Shown piece by piece: positions 42,012-53,300 of a stretch of 64,000 nucleotides of DNA. The translations under genes were made by a program, and so were the position numbers. Numbering within the stretch: position 1 is the first letter of the stretch; every line of letters begins with the position of its first letter. The DNA comes from an uncultured Melioribacter sp. (GTDB lineage Bacteria > Bacteroidota > Ignavibacteria > Kapaibacteriales > Kapaibacteriaceae). Location of the stretch: the NCBI GenBank assembly GCA_964465685.1, contig CAYXKK010000001.1:229997-293996 (forward strand). Direction: 5' to 3'. A model generated the notes under the pieces. It worked only from the letters and a program-made list of their open reading frames with translations, ran no database searches and had not been told where the DNA came from.

Positions 42012-42929
42012 CTACACGAGCGCAGGATCTTTTGCTGCCAGACGTTCCACAAACTCCTTGACTTCTTCCATGTACCACTGCGGAGTGCTCGTCGCACCGG
42101 AGATTCCAATACGCGCAGCACCCTGAATCCATACGGGATCCAGATCGTCGGTGGTTTCCATGAAGTACGTGCGCGGATTCGATGCACGAGCTACATCGTA
42201 CAACACTTTGCCATTCGAAGAGGCTTTACCTGCCACAAAAAGCAGCACGTCGTTCTCGGCGGCAAACTTTGCGAGCTGGTTTTCGCGACCACTAACCTGA
42301 CCGCAGATCGTATCCTTTGCGTGAAACTCAGTGGCAATTTCTTCCATCGTGTCAACGATGAGTTCAGCTACTCGCCCCTTGAGTGCATCTCGTATCAGAA
42401 GAAATGTCGGACGGTCCATGGTTGTCTGTGAAAACAACACAGTCTTCTTCGTCATGTCTACAAGGTCAAGTGCTTCTTCTACCGACTTCACCACGATGCA
42501 CTGGTCGCGCACGACACCTCGCACGCCCAATACTTCTGCGTGATCCTTCTTGCCGAAGATGACCACTTGGTACCCTTGATCCCAGAACTTGCGAACGCGC
42601 TCCTGCAACTTCGTTACAACCGGACACGTCGCATCGACAATCTCGATGCCATGCTCCCAGGCTGCGCGGTAGGTTGAAGGTGGCTCGCCGTGGGCACGAA
42701 TGATCACCTTTGCACCAGAGTTCGCAAGACGCGAGAAGTCATCAACCGTGATCGTTTCGAGCCCCTTATCCTCGAGACGCTGGATCTCTTTGGGGTTGTG
42801 AATGATATGCCCGAGCACATAGACATTGCGCCCGCTGCGCGTGGCTGCAAGCTGATCTTCAGCGATCTGCACCGTGCGAACCACACCCCAGCAGAATCCG
42901 CTAAATCGATCGATGGAGACAGTGACCAT
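42012..42929 (-). CDS. ispH: 4-hydroxy-3-methylbut-2-enyl diphosphate reductase
   Basis: The MVTVSIDRFSGFCWGVVRTVQIA... N-terminus and the conserved Cys residues (C13, ...ATCPVV...) match LytB/IspH. Confidence 0.9.
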   Translation of the reverse strand: MVTVSIDRFSGFCWGVVRTVQIAEDQLAATRSGRNVYVLGHIIHNPKEIQRLEDKGLETITVDDFSRLANSGAKVIIRAHGEPPSTYRAAWEHGIEIVDATCPVVTKLQERVRKFWDQGYQVVIFGKKDHAEVLGVRGVVRDQCIVVKSVEEALDLVDMTKKTVLFSQTTMDRPTFLLIRDALKGRVAELIVDTMEEIATEFHAKDTICGQVSGRENQLAKFAAENDVLLFVAGKASSNGKVLYDVARASNPRTYFMETTDDLDPVWIQGAARIGISGATSTPQWYMEEVKEFVERLAAKDPALV

Positions 42930-42946
42930 GACGTTGTACGTTTCGA

Positions 42947-43651
42947 TTAAAAGTTGGTGAACGCGGAGACGATCGAATAGGTCTTTTGGTATCCATCAAC
43001 CAACTCCAGAATGCTCTGCACTTGGTCGTCGATCGTACAATGCGTTGTGTCAATCTCGACTGCACCATCTGGTTTGATGAGGGGGCTTACTTCCCGCTCA
43101 CTATCAAGCTTATCGCGCTCGATGATGTGGCGACGCACAGTGTCAATATCCAAATGCTCACCACGCTGCTCTGCTTCGAGCATGCGACGACGAACACGTT
43201 CGTTGACGTCGGCCACGAGGAATACTTTGACCTCGGCGTGTGGAAACACAACGCTTCCGATATCCCGTCCATCCATTACCACGCCGCCATTCAGTCCGAG
43301 CATACGTTGGCGCTGAACAAGTGCTCGACGTACACGTGGGAATACACTGACTTGGCTTACATGACTTGTCACGGAGGCTTCGCGGATTGCACGCGTCACG
43401 TCTTCTCCGTCGAGAAACACGCGCTGTCCATCAGCCGATGGCTCCAGACGTATTTCGAGGCGTTCAGCAAGCTCACCTAGCGCTGCGTCGTCCATTGCCA
43501 CTCCGCCACGAAGGGCAGCAAACGTTACTGCGCGATACATCGCTCCCGTGTCGATATACACGTACCCAAGGTGCTCGGCAACCTTGCGTGCGGTGGTGCT
43601 TTTTCCCGCACCTGCAGGACCATCAATTGCGATCGTAAGACGTTGGCTCAT
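42947..43651 (-). CDS. cmk: Cytidylate kinase
   Basis: IAIDGPAGAGKST P-loop, and YIDTGAMYR. The start is at MSQRLTIAIDGP (43651); the ORF track extends to 43702. Confidence 0.88.
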   Translation of the reverse strand: MSQRLTIAIDGPAGAGKSTTARKVAEHLGYVYIDTGAMYRAVTFAALRGGVAMDDAALGELAERLEIRLEPSADGQRVFLDGEDVTRAIREASVTSHVSQVSVFPRVRRALVQRQRMLGLNGGVVMDGRDIGSVVFPHAEVKVFLVADVNERVRRRMLEAEQRGEHLDIDTVRRHIIERDKLDSEREVSPLIKPDGAVEIDTTHCTIDDQVQSILELVDGYQKTYSIVSAFTNF

Positions 43652-43655
43652 ACGC

Positions 43656-44357
43656 TCAAAGATACCCCAAAACTTGCCGTAATCGGGACGCTGTCGCTGC
43701 ACCCGGAGCGAGTGTGTCGATCACCAGCGTAGCTCCGGCAGCCTGTAGTTCTTCAGTTGTGTGCACGCCCGTGGTGACTGCGACGCAGGCAATATCATGC
43801 GCTTTCGCGCATGTAACGTCACCAATAGCGTCGCCAATGATCAGCGATTCGGACGCCAGGAAGCTCTGTCCTGTTGCGCTCGTAACTGCTGCGAGGGCGC
43901 GAGGAGGTAGGTCGCGTCGATCTGCGTGATCATCCCCAAACGCACCGGCAACGAAGACGTCTGGCACGCCTGCCATGGCAAGCTTGTGTTGCGCAATGCC
44001 GTCAATGTTCCCCGTGAGCAATCCGCAGACAGTTCCGTGGTCGAGGAGTGCATGCAGCACCTCAACAGCACCATCCAGTCTGTGTGCAGTCTCAGGAGTG
44101 ATGAGCTCACGAGCGTGGACTGCCATGTCGGCAGCAAACTCTCTCCACACATCGTCGACCGACGCTCTGGCGACCTGTACCGCGTCGGCAATGTCGTACA
44201 CAAGTCCCCTGTCGGTACGACCCGCAAAGGACATGGTCGCAACGACCGACTGAACGTCTACGCTAAAGATTGCGCGAAACGAGCGAACGTACATTTCTCG
44301 TCCAATTCCCTGCTCTACGCGCAGCAAGGTTCCATCGATATCCCAGAGTGCAAGCAT
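43656..44357 (-). CDS. HAD-superfamily hydrolase (subfamily IA-like)
   Basis: WDIDGTLL motif I. Downstream Thr/Ser and Lys...DD motifs are present. About 233 aa. Confidence 0.65.
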   Translation of the reverse strand: MLALWDIDGTLLRVEQGIGREMYVRSFRAIFSVDVQSVVATMSFAGRTDRGLVYDIADAVQVARASVDDVWREFAADMAVHARELITPETAHRLDGAVEVLHALLDHGTVCGLLTGNIDGIAQHKLAMAGVPDVFVAGAFGDDHADRRDLPPRALAAVTSATGQSFLASESLIIGDAIGDVTCAKAHDIACVAVTTGVHTTEELQAAGATLVIDTLAPGAATASRLRQVLGYL

Positions 44358-44393
44358 CCAACAAACCTACGGCGCGTTCTCTATCTTTGCACG

Positions 44394-45161
44394 ATGCAAC
44401 CTCTTCTTTCGGTCCGTAACCTCACCTTGACCTACCCCAATGGTCATCAGGCGCTCAAAGGGATCTCCTTCGATGTGATGCCTGGCGAGTTCTTGGTCAT
44501 CATCGGTCTCTCTGGCAGCGGCAAGTCGACGCTACTCCGGTGTCTTAACAGGTTGCTCGAGCCGACATCAGGCTCCATCACGTTCAATGCACACGACATC
44601 ACGCACATCCAGGGCGAAGCGCTTCGCGAGCATCGCGCGCGAATCGGCATGATCTTCCAGCACTTCAACCTGATCCCGCGTCACTCCGTGCTAAAGAATG
44701 TACTCTACGGCACACTTGGGACGACACCAACCATGAACTCAATGTTGGGTCGGTTTTCTGATGATGCCACACGTCGTGCCTATCAGGCACTACAGGTCGT
44801 TGGCATTCCCGAAAAGGCCGACATTCGTGCCGACTCACTCTCGGGTGGACAGCAACAGCGTGTCGCTATTGCGCGTGCCTTGATGCAAGAACCTCAGCTC
44901 CTCCTCGCTGACGAACCAGTTGCATCGCTCGACCCATCGACGTCGCACTCCGTGATGACGTACCTCGAGCGCATCAACAAGGAAATGAACACCACCGTGA
45001 TCTGCAACCTGCACTTCCTCTCGCTTGTCCGACAATACGCCACACGCGTCATTGCATTGAAAGGGGGCGAGATGGTCTTCGAAGGTACTCCACAAGAGAT
45101 CACCGACGAGTGGTTCACCGCGATTTACGGCGAAGACGCTGTGGAGGTGGAAATCCGATGA
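44394..45161 (+). CDS. phnC: Phosphonate ABC transporter ATP-binding protein
   Basis: ATG at 44394 gives [46 protein letters not shown] signature LSGGQQQRVAIARAL. This strongly resembles PhnC. The ORF track's 5' extension (43926) is antisense to the HAD gene and is not credible. Confidence 0.85.
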   Translation: MQPLLSVRNLTLTYPNGHQALKGISFDVMPGEFLVIIGLSGSGKSTLLRCLNRLLEPTSGSITFNAHDITHIQGEALREHRARIGMIFQHFNLIPRHSVLKNVLYGTLGTTPTMNSMLGRFSDDATRRAYQALQVVGIPEKADIRADSLSGGQQQRVAIARALMQEPQLLLADEPVASLDPSTSHSVMTYLERINKEMNTTVICNLHFLSLVRQYATRVIALKGGEMVFEGTPQEITDEWFTAIYGEDAVEVEIR

Positions 45162-46159
45162 AACGTGTTCTTGCCATTATCATCGACGCACTGCTGGGTG
45201 CAGCCGTCGGCGCATTGCTCGAGCGCGTCATCGTTCCAGCGCTACTGGATATCGCGCCTGTGGCAGATTCATCGTGGGCGTTGCTTGCGGCCGGAGCAGG
45301 CGCACTCGCATTCGTCCTCGCAGGCCTTGGTGCCAAGGCGTCCATTGGTGGTGTGAGTCTCGGCATCGATACACCCGAGCGCTCATCAATGCGCATTGTG
45401 TCGCATCTGGGGTGGCTCACACTGAGCGTGTTCATCGTTGGTGGATGGATTATCACGTCGATTTCACCAATCGAGTTCTTTTCGCGTGACGGACTCGCCG
45501 GAGCGGGACGCATCTTCCAAGCGCTCGTCACACCTGAGTTTGACATTATCGGAGAAGCTGTTTCCGCGATGATCGTCACGATCTTCACGGCGTTCATGGC
45601 TACAGTTGTCGCTGTTCCGATTTCGTTTGTCCTCAGCTTCCCGGCAGCGCGCAACGTGATGTCGGATACGCCGCTGAAGAAGTCGATCTACGTCGTATTG
45701 CGTGTGATCCTCAACATCATGCGCTCGATGGAGCCCATCATCTGGGCGATCATCTTTTCTGTGTGGGTTGGAATCGGACCATTCGCAGGTATGCTCGCAT
45801 TGGTCGTACACACCGTTGCGTCCCTTACAAAGCAATACAGCGAACAGATCGAAGACGTCAATGCCGGACCAATAGAGGCGATCTCTGCTACGGGTGCATC
45901 ACGTATTCAAGTTCTCTGGTTCGCAATCGTTCCACAATGCGTTATCCCGTTTCTGTCCTTTACCATTTACCGGTGGGACATTAACGTACGCATGGCAACG
46001 ATCATCGGCTTTGTAGGCGGTGGTGGCATCGGTACACTCTTGACCCAGTACCAGGGCTTGGCCAAATACAACGAGGTCGGAACGCTTGTGATTTTGATCA
46101 CAGCCGTCGTGTGGATCCTCGATGTTGTGAGTGCCCGCGTGCGCGAGGCGCTGCGTTAA
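45158..46159 (+). CDS. phnE: Phosphonate ABC transporter permease
   Basis: The ATG at 45158 overlaps the phnC stop (ATGA). It has 6 TM helices and a PhnE-type EAA region. Confidence 0.8.
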   Translation: MKRVLAIIIDALLGAAVGALLERVIVPALLDIAPVADSSWALLAAGAGALAFVLAGLGAKASIGGVSLGIDTPERSSMRIVSHLGWLTLSVFIVGGWIITSISPIEFFSRDGLAGAGRIFQALVTPEFDIIGEAVSAMIVTIFTAFMATVVAVPISFVLSFPAARNVMSDTPLKKSIYVVLRVILNIMRSMEPIIWAIIFSVWVGIGPFAGMLALVVHTVASLTKQYSEQIEDVNAGPIEAISATGASRIQVLWFAIVPQCVIPFLSFTIYRWDINVRMATIIGFVGGGGIGTLLTQYQGLAKYNEVGTLVILITAVVWILDVVSARVREALR

Positions 46160-47313
46160 CCCAAGTCGAATTCGCCAAGGTTCACGCCGCCAATCCAACG
46201 TCGACGGTCGAACGTTTCGCGGTTCTTGTTGCAGACAATCTGGAAGGCCGTTGAGTTGCCTTGCTTGGCGATGTCTACCGACCAGCCGAGGAAGATTTCC
46301 CAGCAGCGGTACCACCATTGTCCGTACTCGTTGTAGACAGCATCACGGTTGGCCATCCAGTTTTCGTACCATTGCTGAATGGTACGTGAGTAGTGGATGC
46401 CAACGTTCTCGACACTGTGAATTTCAAATCCAGCGCGCTCGAGTCGTGCTACCACAAAAGAAAGTGGCATGCTGGCATCTGCGCCTGGGAAGATGTACTC
46501 GTTCATAAAGGCGCCCCAAATGAGCGACTCCTTGTGCACGCCTGCCTTAAGTCCAGCGATCTGCAAATAGAACAGACCATCGTCCTTGAGCAACCCGTGG
46601 ATCTGATTCATGAAGCGTTGGAAGTACTTCACACCAACGTGTTCAGCCATCTCCAAGCATGTGATCTTGTCGTACTTGTCCTGTGGAATCGCACGGTAGT
46701 CCATGCGAATACAACGTGCACGATCCTCAACGCCCCATGCCTTGATCTGTTCGTTGCCGTAATCAACGCCGGCTTGCGCAATCGAGATACCGGTTGAATC
46801 TGTTCCGAAGTACTTCGCAGTGTGGGCGACAAGTGTTCCCCATCCGCATCCAATATCGAGCAGACGTTCACCTTGCTTGAGCTGAATCTTCTGACTTACA
46901 AGATTCATCTTGTTGTCTTGCGCTTCGGTAAGACCTTCATTGCCATGCTTGAAAAACGCCGATGTGTAGATCATGCGTTCGCCGAGGAAACCCTTGAAGA
47001 AATCGTTACGTCGATCGTAGTGATCGCGCACGATACGTTCGTCCTGCTTCTTTGAGTGGATAGCAAGTTGCGGAATGAACTTGTTGATGACGAATCCAAC
47101 GTGGTGTCCTACGATTTCGTAGGTAAAGTAGTCCGTGCGATGCTTCATCAACTGGCGCACATCAACCGTGACGTCGACGCGTCCGTTCATGTAGTCTTCG
47201 ATGAAGTTGGTGATTGGCGTCTTCTGGCCATTCTTGTATCGCGAATTGACCTTTTGGTCACGTACAATCACGATATCACGGATGTTCTTCGACAGCACAT
47301 TCTCGGATCCCAT
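46156..47313 (-). CDS. cfa: Cyclopropane-fatty-acyl-phospholipid synthase
   Basis: LLDIGCGWGTLVAH SAM-binding motif. Full-length CFA synthase-like, about 385 aa. Confidence 0.88.
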   Translation of the reverse strand: MGSENVLSKNIRDIVIVRDQKVNSRYKNGQKTPITNFIEDYMNGRVDVTVDVRQLMKHRTDYFTYEIVGHHVGFVINKFIPQLAIHSKKQDERIVRDHYDRRNDFFKGFLGERMIYTSAFFKHGNEGLTEAQDNKMNLVSQKIQLKQGERLLDIGCGWGTLVAHTAKYFGTDSTGISIAQAGVDYGNEQIKAWGVEDRARCIRMDYRAIPQDKYDKITCLEMAEHVGVKYFQRFMNQIHGLLKDDGLFYLQIAGLKAGVHKESLIWGAFMNEYIFPGADASMPLSFVVARLERAGFEIHSVENVGIHYSRTIQQWYENWMANRDAVYNEYGQWWYRCWEIFLGWSVDIAKQGNSTAFQIVCNKNRETFDRRRWIGGVNLGEFDLG

Positions 47314-47411
47314 CAGTCACTCCCCGTAGTACAAGGTTGAACGGTATTTGTTATCCCCTACAACGATATACACCGATTTTTTGGAGAATCCTACGAATGA
47401 TTTTGTATCAG

Positions 47412-47867
47412 TTATATCGCTACGGCGGTCCATGCCCTCGTTACTATCTCTCGCAGAACTACGGCGTCTACTGCATCTAACTGCTTGATATAGATGCATG
47501 ACTTCCCTGTAGTGTGCTTTCCCAGCTTTGACAGGAGGTCACCGACATCGGCAGTACTGTGCAGGTAGATCGTCAGTGCGGCCTTTCGTGGCGAGCACCC
47601 AACAACGAACCAGTCGACACTGCGTCCTGATTCGTACTGTAGCGTCTGCGAGCCAAAGCCAACTATACTCGTACCCCACATCACCGGAGCGCATGCGGTA
47701 ATCTGCTGCATCAGTGCACACACCTGCTCCGTGTCATGCCTACGTTGAGGGTCTGAAATTGAATCGAGCAGTGTTCCAAGTATACCCGTGGTGGGCGCGG
47801 TTTTGAGGGTTGCATTTGCCATTGCCAAACTTACAATGGCATCGATATCTTCGTGCCATGAAAACAT
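47412..47867 (-). CDS. DUF1801 (YdhG-like) domain protein
   Basis: ...GFGSQTLQYESGRSVDWFVVGCSPRKAALTIYL... matches the DUF1801 core. Confidence 0.6.
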   Translation of the reverse strand: MFSWHEDIDAIVSLAMANATLKTAPTTGILGTLLDSISDPQRRHDTEQVCALMQQITACAPVMWGTSIVGFGSQTLQYESGRSVDWFVVGCSPRKAALTIYLHSTADVGDLLSKLGKHTTGKSCIYIKQLDAVDAVVLREIVTRAWTAVAI

Positions 47868-50035
47868 CCCTTCGCCTGGTCCTAATTGGTCTTACCGTTT
47901 GGCTGTGCAACCCTACTGACGCTGATGCACAGAAGCAGGCATACGTGCCAGCATACATTCGCGACACAAATACAATTGAGGGACGTCAGTTCTCGTGGGA
48001 CAAGACTGCTCAAAGCGCAAACTTCCTTCTAATCTGGGGTGATGGCGTGGGGCCAAGCCCAGAGACCTTTACCGACCCGAACCTTCGTTTCGACCCAAGG
48101 CAGATACTCGATACGATGGAGTACATCTTCCGTCGTTGCGACGAACTGGGAATGATTCATGATGAACCCGGAACACAGGCGTCGAAGTACAAATACGTTA
48201 TCGTGATGTACAACACGTACGGTCCGGGCGGACCCGAAGGCTGGGCCAACGGTTGGGCCGTAGATGATACGATCGGAGCCTTTTGGGTCCATCCCAATGC
48301 TACGCGTGATGGCGGTGTGATTGCGCACGAGTTCACCCATTCACTGCAGGCGATGTACCACATTGACGACCAGAACTCGCAACGCGGTGACAAAGCGATC
48401 TACGATAACGATGGTCTATTCTACGAGACGCATGCGAACTATGTGCGCAACGTACTCTATCCGATGGCCGTCTCGTCAGACATCGATGCGCACCACTATC
48501 TGATGCTTGAGCCTGATTGGAAATTCAACTACGAGGGGTATCACTTCCTGTTTCACATTCACAGCACACTTGGCTTACCGATGGTTAGCAGACTTTGGAC
48601 TGAATGGAAGCCCCTTGAATATCCCCTCCAAACGTTGCGTCGCATCAACGATATGACGCAAACGTCGTTCAACGACTACATGTTCGATTACGCACGCAAT
48701 GCCGTCTGCTGGAACTACCCGACTAACTCATGGGGCTCATACCTTCGCAACTCACGCAGAGATAGGCTCAATGCCGACTGGGGACGGATCTTTGCTCAAC
48801 GCACGTATGATGTGCTCCGCGCCATCGACACGAATCAACGCCGCTACTACTCCGACCCCTACAACGCGCCGCAAGACTACGGATACAATGTAGTGCCTCT
48901 CTATGTCGACGATAGTTCGAAACCCGTCGAGGTCACGTTCATCGGTCACGCAGAAGTCAATGATCATGCCGGCTGGCGCTATGGCTTCGTTACCGAACGT
49001 GCCGACGGAACGGAAGCTCGACGCGAACACGTCCAATCATCTGTCCGCACATCGATCTCGATCAATCTCAAGCCTGACGAGACTCGCGTATACCTCGTTG
49101 TACTCGGTGCACCAGTTGATAGCATGCATGCCAATCCAGCGCTCAACAACACATGGAATGGAAACCCCAAACGGTATCATTATCCGTATGAGGTTCGGTT
49201 GAAGAATGCCGTTCCAGAAGGATACCAGAATCCAGATCTCGTTCGTCCGCAGCTCCGCAGAAGCCCAGGGAAGCGACATGCAAATGGAGGGGGCTGGGTG
49301 GATGACCGCTCGAAGGTTGATGCGAGCGTGTACGTCGGACCACGAGCAATCGTAGCGGGCGCAAGCATGATCATGGGTAATGCACGCATCGATGGATACG
49401 CCTATGTCCAGGATGCTACGATCTCTGGTAATGCTCGTGTAACAGACAATGCCTTCGTTCTTGGCGGTACCGTCACTGACAGTGCTGTTGTACGCGATCA
49501 ATGCTTCGCACAGAACAATCGTATCACTGGCAAGGCCATCCTCGGTGGTTGTTCGCAGGTGTTCAACTATATGCTTGGTGGCTCAGTTCGTGTCTTCGGT
49601 GACCTTGTTGTGTACAACGAGACCGGCGAGTGCAACACGGGCGAATATCATGTGTTAACACAGTACTTTCGCAACGAGCTACTGCCTTGTGATATGCGCG
49701 ATAGCACGCACTCAGAAAACGTGTCTGTCAACCGTCCGATGATCTTTGAGATCGTATCCGTGAATGATGTTGCAACCACATCAATTCCAGCTACCGTTGC
49801 TCCGCATCCCGTGGTAAACGGCATCATGATGATCGACTGGTCAGGTATTGCTGACGTTGTCGATCAGGTGCGGATCAGCGATGCCGCGGGCCGTGTCCGC
49901 GTCACACAAATGATCGATGGATCCAATACCCGAATGAGCATCGACGTCTCTCACTGCGCAACAGGTGTCTACTCCCTTCAGTTACTCCGCATGGGGACTG
50001 TTGTTTCAACGCAGATGTTTATTTCGCAAAGGTGA
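47858..50035 (+). CDS. Secreted zinc metallopeptidase-like protein with T9SS C-terminal sorting domain
   Basis: ATG at 47858 gives MKTSLRLVLIGLTVWLCNPTDADAQ, a signal peptide. HExxH zinc motif (IAHEFTHSLQ). The C-terminal ~80 aa (...VVNGIMMIDWSGI...GVYSLQLLRMGTVVSTQMFISQR) resemble a T9SS type-A CTD. Confidence 0.7.
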   Translation: MKTSLRLVLIGLTVWLCNPTDADAQKQAYVPAYIRDTNTIEGRQFSWDKTAQSANFLLIWGDGVGPSPETFTDPNLRFDPRQILDTMEYIFRRCDELGMIHDEPGTQASKYKYVIVMYNTYGPGGPEGWANGWAVDDTIGAFWVHPNATRDGGVIAHEFTHSLQAMYHIDDQNSQRGDKAIYDNDGLFYETHANYVRNVLYPMAVSSDIDAHHYLMLEPDWKFNYEGYHFLFHIHSTLGLPMVSRLWTEWKPLEYPLQTLRRINDMTQTSFNDYMFDYARNAVCWNYPTNSWGSYLRNSRRDRLNADWGRIFAQRTYDVLRAIDTNQRRYYSDPYNAPQDYGYNVVPLYVDDSSKPVEVTFIGHAEVNDHAGWRYGFVTERADGTEARREHVQSSVRTSISINLKPDETRVYLVVLGAPVDSMHANPALNNTWNGNPKRYHYPYEVRLKNAVPEGYQNPDLVRPQLRRSPGKRHANGGGWVDDRSKVDASVYVGPRAIVAGASMIMGNARIDGYAYVQDATISGNARVTDNAFVLGGTVTDSAVVRDQCFAQNNRITGKAILGGCSQVFNYMLGGSVRVFGDLVVYNETGECNTGEYHVLTQYFRNELLPCDMRDSTHSENVSVNRPMIFEIVSVNDVATTSIPATVAPHPVVNGIMMIDWSGIADVVDQVRISDAAGRVRVTQMIDGSNTRMSIDVSHCATGVYSLQLLRMGTVVSTQMFISQR

Positions 50036-50322
50036 TACAGATGGCAGCGATCGATCAGACTATTGAGACGTCAAAGACTGTGGTGGAAATGCGCGAGATC
50101 ATCGACACCAAGATCCTAGCTCGTCCGGAAGTGCGACTCATGCTCGATGAAACCCGTTGGGAGGGTAACGTCTTACATGCTCGTGGAAAACTTGGACACG
50201 GCACTGTCACGGTCGAACACCACCGTGTACATATCCATATTGAGCTTTCCCTCTTTGGTGCTGCCGCACGTGGACAACTTGAGTCGATGCTGACGGAGCA
50301 GGTAAAGCGTCTCGGTAAGTAG
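50032..50322 (+). CDS. Small conserved protein, PHA-system-like (PF09650-like) fold candidate
   Basis: 96 aa, abutting the metalloprotease stop (GTG at 50032 or ATG at 50041). ...ARGKLGHGTVTVEHHRVHIHIELSLFGAAARGQLESMLTEQVKRL resembles the polyhydroxyalkanoic-acid-system small-protein family as I recall it. Confidence 0.45.
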   Translation: MIQMAAIDQTIETSKTVVEMREIIDTKILARPEVRLMLDETRWEGNVLHARGKLGHGTVTVEHHRVHIHIELSLFGAAARGQLESMLTEQVKRLGK

Positions 50323-50330
50323 ATTGCGGC

Positions 50331-53300
50331 ATGAGTTTCGTCCACCTCCACAACCATACCCACTTCTCCCTGCTCGACGCGGCGGCTAGCCCGCAGACAC
50401 TGATCGATGCGGCTGTCAAGGACGGTCAGAAGGCCCTTGCAATCACCGATCATGGTGTGATGTTCGGGTGCTTTGAGTTCTACAAGAAGGCAAAGAAGTC
50501 GGGCGTCAAGCCAATCATCGGCTGTGAAGTGTACATCGCCGTACGCAAGCACACCGACCGCGAGAAGATCCAAGACGCAGCGAAGAAGCGCAACTACTAT
50601 CACCTCGTCCTTCTCGCAAAGAACGAGCAAGGCTATAAGAACCTCATCAAGCTCACATCCATCGGTCACACACACGGCTACTACTACAAGCCGCGGATCG
50701 ATATGGAACTGCTGCGCCAGCACCATGAAGGTCTGATCGCTACATCAGCGTGTCTTGCAGGCCCCATTAACGCGCCAATGCTTGCTGGTGACGTTGCGAC
50801 TGCTCGTGCTAATGCTATCACGCTCAAGGAGATCTTTGGAGACGATTTCTACATCGAACTCCAAGACCATGGTTTGCCAGAAGACAAGCATGTGCTCGAG
50901 TTTGCACCGAAGTTGGCCAAGGAACTCGGCATCAAGCTCGTTGTCACCAACGATGCACACTACGTCAGGAAAGAAGATGCTGTTGCGCACAACGTGTTGT
51001 TGCACATCAACAAGGACGCATCGTTTGCACGCGATGGACAATTCAATGTGAAGACCGACCTGCGCTACAAGGTGCCAGAGATGTACCTCAAGACGCAGGC
51101 CGACATGAAGAAGCTCTTCAAGGATTTTGCCGAAGGCATCGAATCAACAGAGGAAATCGCCGACAAGGTTGATCTCACGATTCCGACTGATTTGCAGCTC
51201 CCGAAGTTCCCTATTCCAGCCGATAGCGACGCAACCACTCTCGAGGACTATCTCGAAGAGATCACAATGAAGGGGCTTGAAGAGCGCTTCCCGCAGCTCA
51301 CAAGCACCATCCTCGATCGCGTCAGCTTCGAGCTCAATGTTATCCGGCGCATGGGATACGCTGGTTACTTCCTCATCGTGTGGGACTTCATCCGTGCAGC
51401 ACGCGATATGGGTGTGCGTGTCGGACCCGGTCGTGGCTCCGCTGCGGGATCTCTCGTAGCCTACGCGCTTGGCATTACCAATATCGATCCGCTGAAGTAC
51501 GATCTGCTTTTCGAACGATTCCTCAATCCCGATCGCGTGTCGATGCCCGATATCGACGTTGACTTCTCGGATGATAAGCGCGAGCGCGTGATCGAGTATG
51601 TCAAGGAGAAGTATGGTGCCGACTCAGTAGCACAGATCATCACCTTCGGAACGCTCTCGTCCCGTGCCGTACTCAAGGACGTAGGTCGTGTGATGGGTAT
51701 CGACCTTGCAACGATCAACAGCATTACCGACAAGATTCCTGTGATTTTGGGCAAGGTTCATTCACTCTCCGAAGCAGTTGAACTGCCCGAGCTCAAGTGG
51801 CTTAAGACCACTGATGACCAGCGTATCAAGGATATGCTTGAGTATGCGAAGACGCTTGAGGGGTTTGCACGGAATTCGTCCCTGCACGCCGCTGGAGTGG
51901 TCATCGCACCGGGTCCGATCAGTGACTACGTTCCGGTGTACAAAACCCCGAACACCGAGCCGGCCACACAGTACAACATGAAGGACCTCGAGGAAGCCGG
52001 TCTGCTAAAGATGGACTTCCTCGGATTGCGTACGCTGAGCATCATCGATGAGACGCTTGCACAAATCAAGCGTAATCATGGAATCGACATTGATATCGAC
52101 ACGATTGATTTCAATGATTCAGCGACATATGAGCTGTTTGCTCGCGGACAGACGCTTGCCATCTTTCAGTTCGAATCCGAGCCGATGCAGAAGGCACTTC
52201 GCGAGCTGAAGCCAACTGTATTGGACGACTTGATCGCGATGAACGCGTTGTACCGGCCAGGTCCAATGGGTAACATCCCAGACTTCATCGATCGTAAGCA
52301 CGGACGTAAGCCAATCGAGTATCTCCATCCACTGATGGGTCCAATCCTCGAGAAGACCTACGGCATCATCGTCTACCAAGAGCAGGTCATGCAGCTCGTG
52401 CAGACTCTTGCAGGCTTCACGCTTGCACAGTCTGACGTGATGCGTCGTGCCATGGGTAAGAAGGACGAAAAGTCGATGGCCGAGCAGCGGTCGAAGTTCG
52501 TCGATGGTGCCAAGGGGCATGCAGACATCAACGAAGCCACGGCGTCTGAGATCTTTGACTTGATCCAAAAGTTTGCTGCTTACGGTTTTAATAAGTCGCA
52601 CTCTGCAGCGTACTCATATCTCGCGTTCCAGACAGCATGGCTGAAGGTCCACTACCCGGCTGAGTTTCTGGCTGCAAACATGACGGCTGAACTCAACGAT
52701 CAAGACAAGATTGTGCGCCTTATCGATGAGGCACGTCGTTTCTCGATTACCGTGTTACCCCCTGACGTCAATCGATCAACAGCAACATTCGTTGCAGACA
52801 ATAATGTGATCTACTTCGGGATGGCAGGCATCAAGACGGTTGGCATAAGTGCTGTTGACGCCATCGTTGAAGCGCGAAAGCAGCAGCCATTTACGTCGAT
52901 CTTCGATTTTTCAGCTCGCGTTGAAAAGAAGGTTGTGAATCGTCGTGTGCTTGAAGCTCTTGTATGTACCGGCGCATTCGACTCGCTCAATACTGGCCAT
53001 CGTGCGCAACTGTTTTCGGTGATCGATACCGCATTGCACTACGCATCCCAGGTACAGGATGATGCGCTTTCGAACAGTGCAAGCTTGTTCGGTGCGCAAG
53101 AAATTGAGAAGCCGAAGGAGCCATCGCTACCCGTCATCGATCCGTGGCCGGAGCGCGATCGACTGAAGAAAGAACGCGAGTACTTGAACTTCTACATTTC
53201 CGGGCATCCTCTGCAAGAATATGCCTTAGCTGTGCAGTCGTTCAGCACGCTTTCGCTGGCGCGAATCGATCCAGATCTTAACGGTAAAACGGTTCGCATG

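Noticed and set aside
43926-44393. 5' extension of the phnC ORF (411-aa version)
   Set aside because: It overlaps the HAD hydrolase gene on the opposite strand and is junk-like in composition. The conserved PhnC N-terminus starts at the ATG at 44394.
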